The translations under genes and the position numbers were made by a program. A stretch of 64,000 nucleotides of DNA from an uncultured Bacilli bacterium. GTDB lineage: Bacteria; Bacillota_I; Bacilli_A; RF39; UBA660. The stretch covers positions 785 to 64,784 of the forward strand of contig CANRDE010000002.1 of assembly GCA_947629325.1 (NCBI GenBank), in the 5' to 3' direction. Shown piece after piece: positions 54,947 to 63,739 of the stretch; the stretch's first letter is position 1, and the number at the start of each line of letters is the position of its first letter. Below the pieces are notes generated by a model. It was given only the letters and a program-made list of their open reading frames with translations. It did not search any database and was not told where the DNA came from.

Positions 54947-55949
54947 AATATAATGCTCTCTTTCCAAATAAATTATACATTTTTTCAAATTGTTGTTTTT
55001 CATAATACTCTATTTTACCAGTATAAGGGTCAGAAACAATTATATTTTTATAATCATAGCCAAAAATAACCATACTATGCAAATCGCAAATCCATTCAAC
55101 TTTTTCCTTTGTATCTTCGTCAAGCCAACTAGTACAAACTGAAGTATCTTTTAAATTGATAGATGCCCAAACTTGTACTGGTTTATTTTCTTTAACTAAT
55201 TTTAAAATATCACCTAGTGATGTTCCCGTTTTATCAATCACACCACTTTTAAAATGCTCAGCCGTTTGTATTATAGGCTTTTCATACACGCCATAGCCAC
55301 TATATAATCTTGGATCACCTACAAATTCTCTTTCCGGATTTCCGCCATAACGAACCCCATTCACATAAAATGGACTACTTCCCATAGGTAAAATATCAAT
55401 TATTTCCGGCATAGTAACTTTAACCCCATTATATGTCAATAAAATCCACAAGGCTACACTTTCACAACCATTAGGATAATCTGGATATTGATGATAAGTT
55501 GGGGCATTATTAATAAGATGGGAAGTTTGGGCATATAAATCATCATATTTTTTCTTTAAATCGTTAAAAGTATCAGTTACACTTGTTAATTCTTGATTTT
55601 TAATACTTATATCATTATTCAATTTTTGATATTCATTTAGATAAGCTTCTCTTTCTTCCGCATTTAAATTACTATTTCCTTTATAATTTTTCTCTGCTTT
55701 GTTTATTTTCTGGATTTGCTCATCTATGTTAGAAATTTCTTCCTCTAAACGAGAATTCTCTTGGCCATTTACAAACTTCGAATTATAATACTGGATAAGA
55801 GGCTTAGTTAAGAAATTAGCCCAACAAATTGTAAGTATTAATATAATTAACATTGCAATTTTTTTATATTGCGGCCGGATTTTTTTAGCAATAATATATA
55901 AATAAATTATTAAGATTAAAAAGCTTACTATTAAAATAGTATTTAACAT
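54936..55949 (-). CDS. membrane-anchored Peptidase_C39_2 (YvpB/BtrH-like) cysteine peptidase-fold protein with a coiled-coil linker
   Basis: 337 aa with two N-terminal TM helices and a coiled coil. QYPDYPNGCESVALWILL is the catalytic Cys motif, followed by ..LHSMVIFGYD..VSDP (His/Asp). The start overlaps the asnB stop by 7 nt. Confidence 0.65.
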   Translation of the reverse strand: MLNTILIVSFLILIIYLYIIAKKIRPQYKKIAMLIILILTICWANFLTKPLIQYYNSKFVNGQENSRLEEEISNIDEQIQKINKAEKNYKGNSNLNAEEREAYLNEYQKLNNDISIKNQELTSVTDTFNDLKKKYDDLYAQTSHLINNAPTYHQYPDYPNGCESVALWILLTYNGVKVTMPEIIDILPMGSSPFYVNGVRYGGNPEREFVGDPRLYSGYGVYEKPIIQTAEHFKSGVIDKTGTSLGDILKLVKENKPVQVWASINLKDTSVCTSWLDEDTKEKVEWICDLHSMVIFGYDYKNIIVSDPYTGKIEYYEKQQFEKMYNLFGKRALYYEN

Positions 55950-57784
55950 ACTTCACCATTGCTTTCAAAGAACACTTCATACCAAATTATAAACATTAAA
56001 ACATTATATATTTCATGCATATGAGATATTTTGGTGTGATAATGTTCATCTAGTAATTGATTTAAATATGTTACATTAAAGAAATCTTTTACAAAAGGTT
56101 TATTAAACTTTTCTTTAACATAATTATAATACTTTGGTTCTCTAATCCATTTACTAAAAGGAACGGGAAAGCCAAGCTTTCTTCTATTTGCCCATTCTTC
56201 TGGTAATTCTTGATGAGCAATAGCTCTAAATAAATATTTAGTCTTTTTGTCTTTTATCCAAAATTTAGAAGGGATTTTTTTAGAGTAATTAAAAACATCT
56301 ATATCCAGTAAAGGAACCCTTAATTCTAAAGAATTAGCCATAGCCATTTTATCAGCTTTTAATAAAATATCTTCTGGTAGCCAAAAATGCATATCAATAT
56401 ACATTTTTTGCGTAACATCATCACAATCTTTGACCTCATCAATTAAAGGTTTAATAATATCTTTTAAACTTTCATCAGTTCTTAAGTTAGGATTTAATAA
56501 CTTATTAGCTTCTTCTTCTGACAAAGAAGAACCATGACCAATATATCTTTCATATAAAGGTTTACCATATTTTATTAAAGTATTTTGCCCTGGAAAATGA
56601 GGTAATGGTTTAATTACTTTGGCTACCCATTGGCGAATAAATAAAGGAATTTTAGTATAAATTTTTAAAATTACCGGCTCATAATATTCGTTATAGCCCC
56701 CAAACATTTCATCACTTCCCTCACCCGATAAAACCACTTTGACTTCTTGACTAGCTAGCTCGGATAAAAAATATAAAGGTACAGTAGAAATATTAGCATG
56801 AGGTTCATCAGTATGATACATAATAGTTGGTAAAATATTAAAAAATTCCTCACTACTGATATGTTTACGATAATTTTTAATTTTTAAGATATGTGATAAC
56901 TCTTGGGCCATTTTGGTCTCATCAAATCCTTCAATATCAAAACCAACACTGAAAGTTTTATCAGGTTTAGCTACACTTACTACATAAGAAGAATCGACTC
57001 CCCCGGAAAGATAAGCCCCTACTTCCACATCACTAGTGATTTGATGATATTTTACGGATTCTTTTAAAACTTTTTGTAATTCTTCTTTATAATAATTAAA
57101 ATCTTTTGGCTCTTTAGGATAATTTATTTTAAAATATTCTTGGGTTTTAAACTTACCATTTTGATACTTAAAAAAAGTTCCTGGTTTTAACTTATAAACA
57201 TTTTTAAAAAAAGTTTCATTATGAATAGAATATTGGAAGATCAAATACATTTTTAAAGCTTTAGTATTAACTTCTTTATGAAATTGAGGATGTTCTAAAA
57301 AAGATTTTATCTCGCTACCAAATAAAAATGCATCATCTGTTAAATAATAATAAAATGGTTTGATACCAAAATAATCTCTCGCCCCAATTAATTCTTTAGT
57401 TTTTAAATCATATATAACAAAAGCAAACATTCCTCTTAGTTTAGAATATAAATCATCTTGATATTCTTCATAACCATGTAGGATAACTTCTGTATCGGTA
57501 TTAGTACGAAATTTATGTCCTTTTTTTAATAAATCTTCTTTTAATTTTTCATAATTATAAATTTCCCCATTAAAAATAATAACTTTGGATTTATCTTCAT
57601 TAAAAATAGGTTGTTTTCCACTATTAATATCAATTATGGAAAGACGCCGATGACCTAAAGCAATGTAGGAATCAGTGAAATATCCTTCATCATCGGGACC
57701 ACGATGAATAATTCGATCCGCCATTTTTTTAATAATTTGCTTTTTATTTTTATCTTTACTAATAAAACCTGTGATTCCACACAT
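55943..57784 (-). CDS. asnB: asparagine synthetase B-family glutamine amidotransferase (copy 1)
   Basis: 613 aa. MCGITGF gives the Cys2 nucleophile. LSGGVDSS is the PP-loop. Also contains EGSDEMFGGY. Confidence 0.85.
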   Translation of the reverse strand: MCGITGFISKDKNKKQIIKKMADRIIHRGPDDEGYFTDSYIALGHRRLSIIDINSGKQPIFNEDKSKVIIFNGEIYNYEKLKEDLLKKGHKFRTNTDTEVILHGYEEYQDDLYSKLRGMFAFVIYDLKTKELIGARDYFGIKPFYYYLTDDAFLFGSEIKSFLEHPQFHKEVNTKALKMYLIFQYSIHNETFFKNVYKLKPGTFFKYQNGKFKTQEYFKINYPKEPKDFNYYKEELQKVLKESVKYHQITSDVEVGAYLSGGVDSSYVVSVAKPDKTFSVGFDIEGFDETKMAQELSHILKIKNYRKHISSEEFFNILPTIMYHTDEPHANISTVPLYFLSELASQEVKVVLSGEGSDEMFGGYNEYYEPVILKIYTKIPLFIRQWVAKVIKPLPHFPGQNTLIKYGKPLYERYIGHGSSLSEEEANKLLNPNLRTDESLKDIIKPLIDEVKDCDDVTQKMYIDMHFWLPEDILLKADKMAMANSLELRVPLLDIDVFNYSKKIPSKFWIKDKKTKYLFRAIAHQELPEEWANRRKLGFPVPFSKWIREPKYYNYVKEKFNKPFVKDFFNVTYLNQLLDEHYHTKISHMHEIYNVLMFIIWYEVFFESNGEVC

Positions 57785-57790
57785 TTATAA

Positions 57791-58996
57791 CTACCTCCAA
57801 TAACTATTTTTGTATTCTTTATAATAGTTAAACCATCTTTTTCTAAGCATTAAAAATCTTTTAAAATTTTTATCACAGGGAGCGTCCATCGGTTTAATAA
57901 CATTTTTCCACATCTTTAAAGCTTCTTTTTTAAAAATTTCGTTTTGAATATATTTTTTTACTATACCTTTAGGCACAAACGAAAGCAATACTTTTTTATC
58001 TAAAAAAACAAACTCATGTTGCTTTTTATTTATTAAATCATCAACTAAAACTTCAACTAAATTTTTACCTAGCTTGGCCACATAGTAACTGCTTCGGCCT
58101 TGTCTTGCGTTTATTTCTAATACTTTAAAAGTGTTATCTTTAGGATCGTATTTCATATCAACTTCCGCAAAGCCACGGTAATTAATATTTTCCATAAATT
58201 CTTTTAATATTTTTACTTGTTTTTTTACATCTCCCTTAATTGTATTAAAACCATTTATTAAGACAGCAGCATTTCCTACCATGCTTTTAGTTCTTTCTTG
58301 CAAACCAATTTGAGCAAAACTGATAAATTCTACTTTACCTTTAGTATTGACATAGAGAACTGCATCAAATAAATTATCATCACCACCGGCAATAAATTCT
58401 TGAATAATGACTTTATCATTATAACCACCATTTTTAATTAAAGATAAAGTATTAAGAAGTTCTGTTTCATTATTAATCTTATATATTTTATTTTTGCCCT
58501 CAAATTTTAAATGATTATATGTAACGACATTAGAAGGTTTTAAAACAAGGGGATAAGTTAAATTTGTCGTATCTAATTTAGCATCTAAATTATAATATAT
58601 TGTTTTGGGAAAAGATAGTTTATTATTGGCATATTTTTTATAAAAATTTTCTTTATTAGTTAAACTCATAATAACGTCTAAATCAGGAACATTGAAAAGA
58701 AAATCTTTAGCTAACTTGGTTTGATTTTTACTAATAAATTCTGTATATGTTTCATTTGTACTTATTAGTAATATCGGCTCATTGTGTTCTTTTTTAAATT
58801 TAGCTAAAATTTTTAAAAATCCTTTTTCATTCCAGATATCTTCTTCATAAGTAATATGAAGTATATTACTATAACTAGTAAATGATAAAGGAGCTCGCCC
58901 AATTAAGTAAGGCTTTTTCTTTAAAAATTCATAACAACATCTTGCCATATAATAAGCATTAGGATCACTTCCTAAAATTAATACTTCCAAATTCAT
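57791..58996 (-). CDS. ATP-grasp carboxylate-amine ligase (COG3919 / D-aspartate-ligase-like)
   Basis: 401 aa. Contains LILGSDPNAYYMARC, YPLVLKPS, IIQEFI.G and VLEINARQGRS. Confidence 0.7.
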   Translation of the reverse strand: MNLEVLILGSDPNAYYMARCCYEFLKKKPYLIGRAPLSFTSYSNILHITYEEDIWNEKGFLKILAKFKKEHNEPILLISTNETYTEFISKNQTKLAKDFLFNVPDLDVIMSLTNKENFYKKYANNKLSFPKTIYYNLDAKLDTTNLTYPLVLKPSNVVTYNHLKFEGKNKIYKINNETELLNTLSLIKNGGYNDKVIIQEFIAGGDDNLFDAVLYVNTKGKVEFISFAQIGLQERTKSMVGNAAVLINGFNTIKGDVKKQVKILKEFMENINYRGFAEVDMKYDPKDNTFKVLEINARQGRSSYYVAKLGKNLVEVLVDDLINKKQHEFVFLDKKVLLSFVPKGIVKKYIQNEIFKKEALKMWKNVIKPMDAPCDKNFKRFLMLRKRWFNYYKEYKNSYWR

Positions 58997-59008
58997 TACT
59001 AATCCTTT

Positions 59009-60184
59009 CTAATATTTAACTATTTTTTCTTTTCCCTTCTCTTGATGAATTCTTACCACTCTAGTTGTAATCATGTTAAACAAATGATAACTATTTGTAT
59101 TCAAAGTTCTCATTACTTCATTAAGCGAAATATGATTACCAAATATTTCTACCTGATCATTTATTTTAACTTTATCATCAACTAAAACCATTAACATATC
59201 CATCGTTTCACTAACTATTTCATATTTTTTATTATTAATAGAAACCCATCTAAATTTTTTAGTTACTCCGTCTGCATAACCAATAGGAATGGTGGCAAGA
59301 TAGCCATCATTTTGTATTTCATATTCAGCGTTATATCCGACTTTCTCCCCTTTTTTTACTTTTCTTAAGGCCAAAACTTCCGTATATAAACTAAAAGCAG
59401 TTTTTAATTTTAAATCTTGAGAAATAGAAGGACTAATATGATGCCATTTTAAATAAATATTTCTTTTTATTTTTCTTAAATGACCTTTTAAACTAGTATC
59501 AATATTAATATGATTATCAAAACCATACATCATTATCCCTAACCGGACTCCCGTCACATATTTCGGCCTTTTATGTCTTACTAAAGTAATACTGCGATCA
59601 AAATGAATAATAGGTATTTTAGCCAAATCAATATTTTGCAACATATCATATATTTTATTTAATTGTTTATCATAATAAATATCATAATAACCACTTGTTG
59701 CAAAATGAGTATAGATTCCTTCTAAAAAAATATTATCATGCTCACAAACTATTTTATAGGCTTCTTCTAAATCAATTTTATTTTTGAAACCAAGACGATT
59801 CATTCCTGAATCTATTTTAAAATGAACTTTTAAATTGAATTTATTATTTAAATTAACTATTTCTTTTAAATAGTCTACACTTTCAATTGTTAAAGTTAGA
59901 TTATTTTGCCAAGCAATTTTAACATGTTCAATATTAATTGGTTCTAAAATAAGAATGGGAACATCTTTATATAATGATCTTATTTCTAAGGCTTCGTCTA
60001 AACTAGAAACCGCTAAATAATTAATGCCTCCTTTTAATAACGAAGAAATAACATTTATCCCATGATGATAGCAATTATTTTTTACTACTCCAATATAATA
60101 TTGGTATTTAAATGTGGTTGTTATTTTGTGAACATTTTCTTCTAAAATATCATTATTAATTAAGGCATAAGTTTTTCGATACAA
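59009..60184 (-). CDS. alanine-racemase-fold (PLP fold type III) amino-acid racemase, divergent active-site motif
   Basis: 391 aa. GVVKNNCYHHG sits where the canonical motif is VVKANAYGHG. Also contains IDSGMNRLG and PIGYADG. Confidence 0.7.
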   Translation of the reverse strand: MYRKTYALINNDILEENVHKITTTFKYQYYIGVVKNNCYHHGINVISSLLKGGINYLAVSSLDEALEIRSLYKDVPILILEPINIEHVKIAWQNNLTLTIESVDYLKEIVNLNNKFNLKVHFKIDSGMNRLGFKNKIDLEEAYKIVCEHDNIFLEGIYTHFATSGYYDIYYDKQLNKIYDMLQNIDLAKIPIIHFDRSITLVRHKRPKYVTGVRLGIMMYGFDNHINIDTSLKGHLRKIKRNIYLKWHHISPSISQDLKLKTAFSLYTEVLALRKVKKGEKVGYNAEYEIQNDGYLATIPIGYADGVTKKFRWVSINNKKYEIVSETMDMLMVLVDDKVKINDQVEIFGNHISLNEVMRTLNTNSYHLFNMITTRVVRIHQEKGKEKIVKY

Positions 60185-60199
60185 TTTAATCCCCTCACT

Positions 60200-62029
60200 T
60201 TAAGCTTTTTTTTTATCTAAGAAAAATACTTCATACCATTTTAAAAAGGTATATATAGCCCATACTTTTTTATACGTGTCATGATCTTCTTTATGACATT
60301 TATTCAATAATTTAAGAATATAATCTTGATTGAAAAATAATTTAGCATGTTCACTTTTGAATGTTTTAGTTATTTCTTTTTGATATTCTTTTAAATTAAT
60401 CCAAGATCTTAGCGGAACCGGAAACCCTAATTTTTTCTTTTTATACGCCTCAGTAGGAATACTTTTTTTAGCGGCCTCTCTTAACGCTACTTTAGTATTT
60501 TCTTTGGTTACTTTCATATCCATTGTTAAAGAACTAGCCAAAGAAAATACTTCTTTATCAATAAATGGTACTCGTAATTCTAAAGAATTGGCCATACTCA
60601 TCCGATCAGCTTTTTGAAGAATATCTTTAACCAACCAAAAGTTAATATCGATTGCTTGCATTTTTATTAGATCATTTTTATTTTTATATTTTTGAAAAAT
60701 ATCTTTAGTTAAATCTTTATTTTTAATTTTACTAGTAAAATTAAGAACTTTTTGACATTCTTTATCACTAAAAACACGACTCATTCCAATATAATTATCT
60801 TCTAATTTCATTCCTCTTCGCACTAAAAAATTACGGCCTCTAAATTCAGGTAAAAAATTTAATATTAACGCTATGGCATGTCTAATAAAATAAGGAATTT
60901 TATTATAGAAATTCATATCAATTGTTTCGCGATAAGTATTATATCCTCCAAAAAATTCATCAGCACCCTCACCCGATAATACTACTTTTATATCTTTGCT
61001 AGCTATTTCCGAAAGAAAATATAAGGCAATAGCAGCTGGATCACTAATTGGTTCATCCATATGATACATAATTTTAGGAACAATTTTTAAATATTCTTTT
61101 TCATTAATTTTGCGATCAACATTTTCAATTTTTAATTTAGAAGCTAAATCTTTTGCATAATTGGTTTCTGTATATTTAGGAATATCATACCCTACCGTAT
61201 AGGTTTTATTAGGTTTAGCCAAAGCAACAATATATGAAGAATCAATTCCGCTTGATAAATATGATCCTACTTCTACATCACTTTCTAAGTGATGTTTTAC
61301 TGAATCCTTCATAACTTCATCAATTTTTTGAGCTGCTTCTGCCAAATTTAATTTTTCTTCTTGAAAATCTATTTCATAATATTTTTGTAAAGTTATTTCA
61401 TTATTTTCATATATTAAAGAATAACCCGGATCTAAACGATAAACATTTTTAAAGAAAGTTTCCGTAGTTGGCGTAAAACTAAAGGTTAAATATGGTCCTA
61501 ATAAATCTTTGTTAAATTCTTTTACAAAATCAGGGTGTTCTAAAAAAGATTTAATTTCACTGGCAAACATAAAAGTATTATTAAATTGGCAATAATAAAA
61601 AGGCTTAATTCCAAAATTATCGCGACTACAAAATAAAATCTTTTTTTTCTTATCATAAATGGCATAAGCAAACATTCCTCTTAACTTTTTAGGTAAATCA
61701 TAACCAAATTCCTCATAACCATGAACTAAAACTTCTGTATCAGTTGTCGTTTTAAATTGATGTTTTTTGGCCACTAATTCGTTTTTTAATTCTTTATAAT
61801 TATAAATTTCCCCATTAAAAACGACTACAACATCCTCCGTTTCATTAAAAATAGGTTGCTTTCCATTATTAAGATCGATAATAGATAAACGGCGATGTCC
61901 TAAGGCAATAAAGTCATCCACATAATACCCTTCATCATCGGGACCACGATGAATAATCCGGTCAGCCATTTTTTTAATTATTTTCTTTTTATTCTTTTGT
62001 GAATTTACAAATCCCACAATTCCACACAT
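60200..62029 (-). CDS. asnB: asparagine synthetase B-family glutamine amidotransferase (copy 2)
   Basis: 609 aa. Contains MCGIVGF, the PP-loop variant LSSGIDSS and EGADEFFGGY. It is clearly paralogous to copy 1 (shared KKMADRIIHRGPDDEGY, HRRLSIID). Confidence 0.85.
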   Translation of the reverse strand: MCGIVGFVNSQKNKKKIIKKMADRIIHRGPDDEGYYVDDFIALGHRRLSIIDLNNGKQPIFNETEDVVVVFNGEIYNYKELKNELVAKKHQFKTTTDTEVLVHGYEEFGYDLPKKLRGMFAYAIYDKKKKILFCSRDNFGIKPFYYCQFNNTFMFASEIKSFLEHPDFVKEFNKDLLGPYLTFSFTPTTETFFKNVYRLDPGYSLIYENNEITLQKYYEIDFQEEKLNLAEAAQKIDEVMKDSVKHHLESDVEVGSYLSSGIDSSYIVALAKPNKTYTVGYDIPKYTETNYAKDLASKLKIENVDRKINEKEYLKIVPKIMYHMDEPISDPAAIALYFLSEIASKDIKVVLSGEGADEFFGGYNTYRETIDMNFYNKIPYFIRHAIALILNFLPEFRGRNFLVRRGMKLEDNYIGMSRVFSDKECQKVLNFTSKIKNKDLTKDIFQKYKNKNDLIKMQAIDINFWLVKDILQKADRMSMANSLELRVPFIDKEVFSLASSLTMDMKVTKENTKVALREAAKKSIPTEAYKKKKLGFPVPLRSWINLKEYQKEITKTFKSEHAKLFFNQDYILKLLNKCHKEDHDTYKKVWAIYTFLKWYEVFFLDKKKA

Positions 62030-62084
62030 AAAGAATACCTCTTTCTTTTATCTTTCCTACTTGTTAATTATAACATAAAGGGAA

Positions 62085-63539
62085 TTAATTTCCTATATCT
62101 TTGTTAATCTTAATATCATTATTACTTGGACCTTTAATGCATTTTCCTTCTATATCGAACCGAGAAGCATGGCAAGGACAATCCCAAGTTTTATCAATTG
62201 GATTAAAAATTAAGCTGCATCCCATATGAGGACATTTATTAGAAACAATATATTTTTTATTTACATCATTATATATTGCAACGTTTTGACCTTTAATTTT
62301 TTGAAATTTTATATTGGCGGAATACCATTTTTTATTTTTAGCTATTTTATTTTGAATAAAACTTTTAAGATTACTACTTATATTGCTTAAATATTCTTTG
62401 CAATATTTTAAACTATTGGTTCTTAAGGGGCTAAATAATTTAATAAATTCATTATCTTGATTTAAAATAATATCGCTTAATATTTTACCAGCTAAAACCC
62501 CATTTGTCATACCCCAAGTATTATAACCAGTCGCAATTAATAAATCATTATTCTTCTTTTTTATAGAGCCAATATAAGGCATACCATCTAGAGTCATTAA
62601 ATCATCATTTTTCCAAATATATACAGGATTATAACCCTGCTCCTTTGTTTTAGAAATAATCTCTGCAAAATTCTTTTTTTCATTTAAATTATCACTTATT
62701 TTACTAGAATTATTTAAATATAAAATGTATTCTAAATAATCTTTATGATATCTTATTGATTCACACTTTTTAACAGGAGTGATCATACTTTTATTTTTAT
62801 ATTTGGCTAAAGATGCGGTTATATAAGATTTTTCAACATAAGTTTTTAAAGGCAAGCCAAAGGGGAAAACAAAATAAGGATAATGACAAGCTAAAATAAT
62901 TTTAGTAGCTAATATTTTATGGTTTTTAGTTTGACAAATATAGTAATCATCCTTTTTATTTATTTGTAAAATTTTAGTTTTTTCATAAATTTCTTTTCCC
63001 GAATTTTGACATGTCTCTTTAAGACCAAGTATAAATTTTAAAGGATGAAAAACATAGGTATCTACTACATAAATAAAATTATCTTGCGAAAAAGTTTTTA
63101 TTCCTAAATCTTCTAATATGTTTTTTTCTTTATTTATCTTTTTTAATTCCTCTTCATTTTGGGCATAAAGATAAGAATTTACTTTTTCCAAATTACAACT
63201 AATTTTCTCTTTTTTGATTATTTTGGTAATTTCCTCTATAGCAACTTTTTGAGAATCTAAATATAATTTAGCCACATCTAAAGAATATTTTTGCTCTAAA
63301 TCTTGATAAATTGTTTGTTGTAAATATGTTATTTTGCCGGTTGATTTTCCTGTTATGCCATTACCAACTAAATTACTTTCTACTAAACAAACTTTTTGAT
63401 TAGTATTTTTTAGATAATATAATGTTGAAAGCCCTGTTATTCCTCCTCCTATAATTAAAATATCCACTTTTAAATCTTGGTTTAAAACTTTATAATTAGG
63501 AGTGGAAATATTATCAAGCCATATACTTTTCTTTTTCAT
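62085..63539 (-). CDS. FAD-dependent oxidoreductase fused to a C-terminal Rieske [2Fe-2S] domain (YhfW-like)
   Basis: 484 aa. Contains the DILIIGGGITGLST dinucleotide fold and the Rieske motif CPHMGC...CPCHASRF. Confidence 0.8.
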   Translation of the reverse strand: MKKKSIWLDNISTPNYKVLNQDLKVDILIIGGGITGLSTLYYLKNTNQKVCLVESNLVGNGITGKSTGKITYLQQTIYQDLEQKYSLDVAKLYLDSQKVAIEEITKIIKKEKISCNLEKVNSYLYAQNEEELKKINKEKNILEDLGIKTFSQDNFIYVVDTYVFHPLKFILGLKETCQNSGKEIYEKTKILQINKKDDYYICQTKNHKILATKIILACHYPYFVFPFGLPLKTYVEKSYITASLAKYKNKSMITPVKKCESIRYHKDYLEYILYLNNSSKISDNLNEKKNFAEIISKTKEQGYNPVYIWKNDDLMTLDGMPYIGSIKKKNNDLLIATGYNTWGMTNGVLAGKILSDIILNQDNEFIKLFSPLRTNSLKYCKEYLSNISSNLKSFIQNKIAKNKKWYSANIKFQKIKGQNVAIYNDVNKKYIVSNKCPHMGCSLIFNPIDKTWDCPCHASRFDIEGKCIKGPSNNDIKINKDIGN

Positions 63540-63595
63540 AAATTCACCAATATTATTATGAACTTCTTCTTAAGAAATATTTATTAAGAAATTAA

Positions 63596-63624
63596 TTGAC
63601 TTTTTTTAAAATTCCTTTTATTAT
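63596..63624 (+). promoter_or_regulatory. sigma-A-type promoter TTGACT-17-TATTAT
   Basis: -35 at 63596-63601, 17-nt spacer, -10 at 63619-63624. It points away from the FAD/Rieske gene and into the structured region. Confidence 0.5.
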
Positions 63625-63630
63625 TAATTT

Positions 63631-63739
63631 ACCGGAGATACTATCTCGTCAGGTCGATAGTTAGGATACGATTATTTTAATTAAGTGTATTGTAAATACA
63701 CCGTCCTAACTGGAAAAAGCCATATAAATGGCTTTTTTC
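63631..63739 (+). ncRNA. candidate small structured RNA (~109 nt) ending in an intrinsic terminator
   Basis: The predicted TSS is ~63631. Hairpin A is ACTATC/GATAGT (63640-45 / 63656-61) with loop UCGUCAGGUC. The long hairpin is TTAGGA..TCCTAA (63661-66 / 63704-09) enclosing GTGTATT-gta-AATACAC (63685-63701). CCGG (63632-35) can pair with CTGG (63710-13). The terminator is AAAAAGCCAT-ataa-ATGGCTTTTTT (63714-63738). No ORF is present. Confidence 0.45.

Noticed and set aside
53269-55003. Possible degraded prophage or mobile island (frameshifted KGYKAF-domain gene plus nuclease)
   Set aside because: There is no integrase, transposase, flanking direct repeat, tRNA-adjacent junction or compositional break visible.
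63646-63655. GUCAGGUC, matching part of the SRP (4.5S) RNA domain IV sequence; considered calling the candidate sRNA ffs
   Set aside because: The following GGAA tetraloop and AGCAGC 3' strand are missing, and the overall fold is not a single long hairpin.
63640-63661. CUGACGAG on the minus strand, reminiscent of the hammerhead ribozyme CUGANGA core
   Set aside because: The motif sits in the loop of a simple hairpin. No GAAA element, three-stem junction or cleavage-site context could be drawn.
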